From the NCBI RefSeq assembly GCF_041320195.1, contig NZ_CP100994.1: DNA of 32,000 nucleotides. One strand, written 5' to 3'. The notes under the pieces are model-generated. The model saw nothing but the letters and a program-made list of their open reading frames with translations, made no database searches and was not told the origin of the DNA. How positions within the stretch are numbered: position 1 is the stretch's first letter; the number at the start of each line of letters is the position of its first letter. The DNA is from Escherichia coli. GTDB taxonomy: Bacteria > Pseudomonadota > Gammaproteobacteria > Enterobacterales > Enterobacteriaceae. The translations under genes were made by a program, and so were the position numbers. Positions 26,641 to 32,000 of this stretch are shown here, one piece after another.

Positions 26641-27192
26641 ATGCAAGATTCCATTCTGACGACCGTAGTGAAAGATATCGACGGTGAAGTGACCACGCTG
26701 GAGAAGTTCGCCGGTAATGTGCTGTTGATTGTCAATGTCGCCTCAAAGTGTGGCTTAACGCCGCAGTATGAGCAGTTGGAGAATATTCAGAAAGCCTGGG
26801 CCGATCGAGGTTTTGTGGTGCTGGGATTCCCGTGCAACCAGTTTCTGGAACAAGAACCGGGCAGCGATGAAGAGATTAAAACTTACTGTACCACCACATG
26901 GGGGGTGACGTTCCCGATGTTCAGTAAGATTGAAGTTAATGGCGAAGGACGCCATCCGCTGTATCAAAAATTGATTGCCGCAGCGCCGACCGCAGTCGCG
27001 CCGGAAGAGAGCGGATTCTATGCCCGTATGGTCAGCAAAGGCCGTGCACCGCTGTACCCGGATGATATTTTATGGAATTTTGAAAAATTCCTAGTTGGCA
27101 GGGACGGAAAAGTCATCCAGCGTTTTTCCCCGGATATGACGCCGGAAGATCCCATTGTGATGGAAAGCATTAAACTGGCGTTGGCAAAATAA
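26641..27192 (+). CDS. btuE: Thioredoxin/glutathione peroxidase BtuE
   Basis: 183 aa; [16 protein letters not shown] glutathione peroxidase signature. Confidence 0.97.
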
Positions 27193-27941
27193 TGTCTATT
27201 GTGATGCAGTTACAGGATGTTGCGGAATCTACCCGCCTGGGGCCGCTTTCTGGCGAGGTTCGGGCTGGGGAGATCCTGCACCTGGTGGGGCCGAATGGCG
27301 CGGGTAAGAGTACCTTACTGGCGCGAATGGCCGGAATGACCAGCGGTAAGGGAAGCATTCAGTTCGCGGGGCAACCACTGGAAGCATGGTCCGCAACAAA
27401 ACTCGCGCTGCATCGCGCCTATCTTTCACAACAGCAGACGCCGCCGTTTGCAATGCCGGTCTGGCACTACCTGACACTGCATCAGCACGATAAAACGCGT
27501 ACCGAACTACTGAATGATGTCGCAGGGGCGCTGGCTCTTGATGACAAACTCGGACGGAGCACCAATCAACTTTCCGGCGGTGAATGGCAACGCGTACGTC
27601 TTGCTGCGGTGGTGCTGCAAATCACACCACAAGCCAATCCCGCAGGCCAATTGCTGCTTCTTGATGAGCCGATGAACAGTCTTGATGTTGCGCAACAAAG
27701 TGCGTTAGACAAAATTCTGAGCGCGCTGTGTCAGCAAGGACTGGCGATTGTGATGAGCAGTCACGATCTCAACCACACATTGCGTCATGCGCATCGGGCG
27801 TGGTTGCTAAAAGGTGGAAAAATGCTGGCCAGTGGACGCAGAGAAGAGGTGCTCACGCCGCCAAATCTGGCGCAGGCCTATGGGATGAATTTTCGCCGTC
27901 TGGATATCGAAGGTCACAGAATGCTGATTTCGACCATCTGA
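27192..27941 (+). CDS. btuD: Vitamin B12 ABC transporter ATPase
   Basis: 249 aa; Walker [11 protein letters not shown], signature LSGGEWQR, Walker [13 protein letters not shown]; start overlaps btuE stop (TAATG). Confidence 0.98.
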
Positions 27942-28018
27942 TTTCATTAGTATCTTGAAAATCGGGTAATTACGACGCTAAATTAATGCAAGAATAAAAA
28001 ACAGAGGAACCGTACGGA

Positions 28019-28483
28019 ATGCGTTTCTGCCTTATTTTGATCACAGCACTGTTTCTGGCCGGGTGTAGCCATCATAAAGCACCGCCGCCAAATGCCAGAC
28101 TTTCTGATTCGATTACCGTTATTGCCGGTTTGAACGACCAGCTACAAAGCTGGCATGGCACGCCGTATCGTTATGGTGGCATGACGCGGCGCGGTGTGGA
28201 CTGTTCGGGATTTGTGGTTGTGACGATGCGCGATCGTTTCGATTTGCAGCTGCCCCGTGAAACCAAACAACAAGCCTCTATTGGCACGCAAATTGATAAA
28301 GACGAGTTGCTGCCAGGTGACCTGGTCTTTTTCAAAACGGGGTCCGGACAAAATGGTTTGCATGTAGGTATTTACGATACCAACAACCAATTCATCCACG
28401 CCTCTACCAGCAAGGGAGTGATGCGTTCCTCACTTGATAATGTCTATTGGCAGAAAAATTTCTGGCAGGCGAGACGAATCTAG
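28019..28483 (+). CDS. nlpC: NlpC/P60-family lipoprotein peptidase
   Basis: 154 aa; lipobox LFLAGCS and catalytic Cys region RRGVDCSGFVV. Confidence 0.96.
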   Translation: MRFCLILITALFLAGCSHHKAPPPNARLSDSITVIAGLNDQLQSWHGTPYRYGGMTRRGVDCSGFVVVTMRDRFDLQLPRETKQQASIGTQIDKDELLPGDLVFFKTGSGQNGLHVGIYDTNNQFIHASTSKGVMRSSLDNVYWQKNFWQARRI

Positions 28484-28492
28484 TATGTCGAA

Positions 28493-28525
28493 AAATGGAC
28501 GGCGATGATACATCGCCGTCCATTT
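28493..28525. terminator. Perfect 15-bp hairpin downstream of nlpC
   Basis: AAATGGACGGCGATG-ATA-CATCGCCGTCCATTT; A-tract and T-rich flanks modest. Confidence 0.6.
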
Positions 28526-28729
28526 ACTCCTGAATACAGTAGTATTTTGCAGACAAAAATTCCGTAAATGGATTATTCGTTTATAATCAGGATAATCTAA
28601 AAAAAGGACCCCTGAAAAAGTGGTTAACATGGAACAAATGAAAGTTACTCCTTCTGTAATTGTTATGTCTTATGACCTCATCCCTTTTAGCCGGATACTG
28701 AAAAACATCCTTCGAGAGGGACGGTTACC

Positions 28730-29443
28730 ATGAATATTTTTTTGGAGAATCTTTATCATTCTGATTGCTATTTCCTGCCGATAAGAGATAACCAGCAACT
28801 CCTTGTCGGCGTTGAGTTAATTACCCATTTCTCCAGTGAAGATGGCACGGTTCGTATCCCGACGAGTCGGGTTATAGCGCAACTTACCGAGGAGCAACAT
28901 TGGCAATTATTTTCAGAGCAGTTGGAATTACTAAAATCATGCCAACACTTTTTTATTCAACATAAACTCTTTGCCTGGCTTAATTTAACGCCACAAGTGG
29001 CTACATTATTATTAGACAGGGATAATTACGCAGGCGAACTATTAAAATATCCGTTTATTGAACTGTTGATTAATGAGAATTACCCGCATCTCAATGAAGG
29101 AAAAGATAATCGCGATCTTTTGTCCTTATCGCACATGTATCCCCTTGTGTTAGGCAATTTGGGAGCAGGTAATAGCACAATGAAAGCGGTTTTTGATGGT
29201 CTTTTCACCCGCGTAATGCTGGATAAAAGTTTTATTCAGCAACAAATCACGCATCGCTCCTTCGAACCGTTTATTCGTGCGATCCAGGCGCAAATTTCCC
29301 CTTGTTGCAATTGCATCATCGCGGGGGGCATTGATACGCCAGAAATATTGGCACAGATTACCCCCTTCGATTTCCATGCTCTCCAGGGATGCCTGTGGCC
29401 TGCCGTTCCTATAAATCAGATAACGACGTTGGTTCAGCGATAA
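28730..29443 (+). CDS. ydiV: Anti-FlhDC factor, degenerate EAL-domain protein (RflP/YdiV)
   Basis: 237 aa, EAL-fold-like protein lacking canonical EAL catalytic residues. Confidence 0.93.
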   Translation: MNIFLENLYHSDCYFLPIRDNQQLLVGVELITHFSSEDGTVRIPTSRVIAQLTEEQHWQLFSEQLELLKSCQHFFIQHKLFAWLNLTPQVATLLLDRDNYAGELLKYPFIELLINENYPHLNEGKDNRDLLSLSHMYPLVLGNLGAGNSTMKAVFDGLFTRVMLDKSFIQQQITHRSFEPFIRAIQAQISPCCNCIIAGGIDTPEILAQITPFDFHALQGCLWPAVPINQITTLVQR

Positions 29444-29466
29444 CCCTCCTGTTTGCTGGTGTTTAA

Positions 29467-30942
<1,476 letters not shown>

Positions 30943-30945
30943 AGG

Positions 30946-31137
30946 CTACTTGGTCAACAGCAGCTTGCCAGCCTGAGTTTTACGGAGCAGATATTCTTGC
31001 CCGTCATGATCGATAATCAGTTTGCCATCCGGACCTAACAGTGTCTGGCTGGAAATTCGCCGAATAGGCTGCGGGGAAGCGGTCTTGTGATTGGCATCCG
31101 TTTCAGGCGTGAGTTTTCTGCTATCCGTATAACGCAT
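30946..31137 (-). CDS. hemP: Hemin uptake protein HemP
   Basis: 63 aa from ATG at 31137 (formerly ydiE); [38 protein letters not shown]. Confidence 0.92.
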
Positions 31138-31156
31138 AAAAATTAATAATAATTGA

Positions 31157-31180
31157 TATAACAATGATTCTTATTATCAA
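31157..31180 (-). promoter_or_regulatory. Putative Fur box upstream of hemP
   Basis: ataacaatgattcttattatcaa resembles GATAATGATAATCATTATC. Confidence 0.75.
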
Positions 31181-31240
31181 TATTATGGCTGACCAGAGCA
31201 AGCAGTAATTTGTTGAGAAGACAACAAGTTGCGCAGAAAT

Positions 31241-31262
31241 GCCCATTCCGTCAGGAATGGGC
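31241..31262 (-). terminator. Hairpin downstream of aroH
   Basis: GCCCATTCC-GTCA-GGAATGGGC perfect 9-bp stem, followed on the minus strand by ATTTCTG. Confidence 0.65.
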
Positions 31263-31268
31263 ACGCAT

Positions 31269-32000
31269 TCAGAAGCGGGTATCTACCGCAGAGGCGAGTT
31301 TTTCGACCAGGCGTTCGGTATCTTCCCAGCCCAGACACGGGTCGGTAATGGATTGACCGTAAGTGAGCGGCTGACTGCCGACGATTTTTTGCGTTCCTTC
31401 GCGCAGGAAACTTTCCGCCATAATTCCAGCAATCGCCGTAGAGCCATTGCGGATTTGCTGACAAATATCCTCACAAACTTCTAACTGGCGACGGTGCTGC
31501 TTCTGGCAGTTACCGTGGCTGAAATCCACCACCAGATGTTCAGGTAAATCAAACTCGTGCAGCGTATCGCAGGCTGCGGCGATATCATCGGCATGATAAT
31601 TCGGTTTTTTGCCGCCACGCATAATAATGTGGCCATACGGGTTGCCGCTGGTCTGATAGATGGTCATCTGACCATTTTTGTCTGGCGAGAGGAACATATG
31701 GCTGGCGCGGGCTGCGCGGATAGCATCCACAGCAATCCGCGTATTGCCATCGGTACCATTTTTAAAACCTACCGGACAGGAGAGTGCCGAAGCCATTTCG
31801 CGGTGGATCTGACTTTCGGTAGTACGTGCGCCAATCGCGCCCCAACTGATTAAATCAGCAATAAACTGACCGGTCACCATATCGAGGAACTCGGTCGCGG
31901 TTGGGACGCCCAGCTCATTTACCTGTAAAAGTAATTTGCGCGCCAGCTCCAGACCGTGATTTACCCGATAGCTGCCGTTTAAATCTGGATCGGAGATTAG
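31269..32000 (-). CDS. aroH: Trp-sensitive DAHP synthase, 3' portion (5' end outside window)
   Basis: Reading frame continues to the window edge (LISDPDLNGSYRVNHGLELARKLLLQVNELGVPTATEFLDMVTGQFIADLISWGAIGARTTESQ); the track ORF begins at an internal Met. Confidence 0.96.
   Translation of the reverse strand, partial: LISDPDLNGSYRVNHGLELARKLLLQVNELGVPTATEFLDMVTGQFIADLISWGAIGARTTESQIHREMASALSCPVGFKNGTDGNTRIAVDAIRAARASHMFLSPDKNGQMTIYQTSGNPYGHIIMRGGKKPNYHADDIAAACDTLHEFDLPEHLVVDFSHGNCQKQHRRQLEVCEDICQQIRNGSTAIAGIMAESFLREGTQKIVGSQPLTYGQSITDPCLGWEDTERLVEKLASAVDTRF

Noticed and set aside
31239-31853. Short ORFs opposite or out of frame with aroH (31239-31484, 31557-31853, 31183-31464, 31283-31474)
   Set aside because: The aroH frame is certain from its DAHP synthase sequence; these have no support.

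Overview
This window is an ordinary Escherichia coli/Shigella chromosomal region, in opposite orientation to the usual K-12 map. Genes were recognised by recalling protein sequences; no database search was run. Order: chbC(3' end)-chbA-chbR-chbF-chbG, REP cluster, katE(-), cedA, ydjO, tcyP(-), ydjM(-), hxpB/yniC(-), yniB, yniA(-), ydiZ(-), pfkB(-), ydiY, yniD(-), arpB(-), thrS-infC-rpmI-rplT-pheM-pheS-pheT-ihfA, btuC-btuE-btuD, nlpC, ydiV(rflP)-selO, hemP/ydiE(-), aroH(-, partial). I see no CRISPR array, prophage, transposon or obvious defence system, and no convincing new multi-gene system. The observations most worth a second look are: (1) an uninterrupted 632-codon arpB, annotated as a pseudogene in K-12 as I recall, with an N-terminal Cys/His/Asp pattern that may place it near the ShET2/OspD/EspL effector family; (2) a perfect 11-bp inverted repeat whose 3' arm contains the selO Shine-Dalgarno sequence; (3) a near-consensus promoter followed within about 50 nt by a strong intrinsic terminator upstream of ydiY, suggesting an attenuator or tiny RNA; (4) an unannotated 34-codon ORF overlapping the ydiV start codon (ATGA); (5) the long pheS leader downstream of the pheM attenuator, with a 14-bp palindrome.
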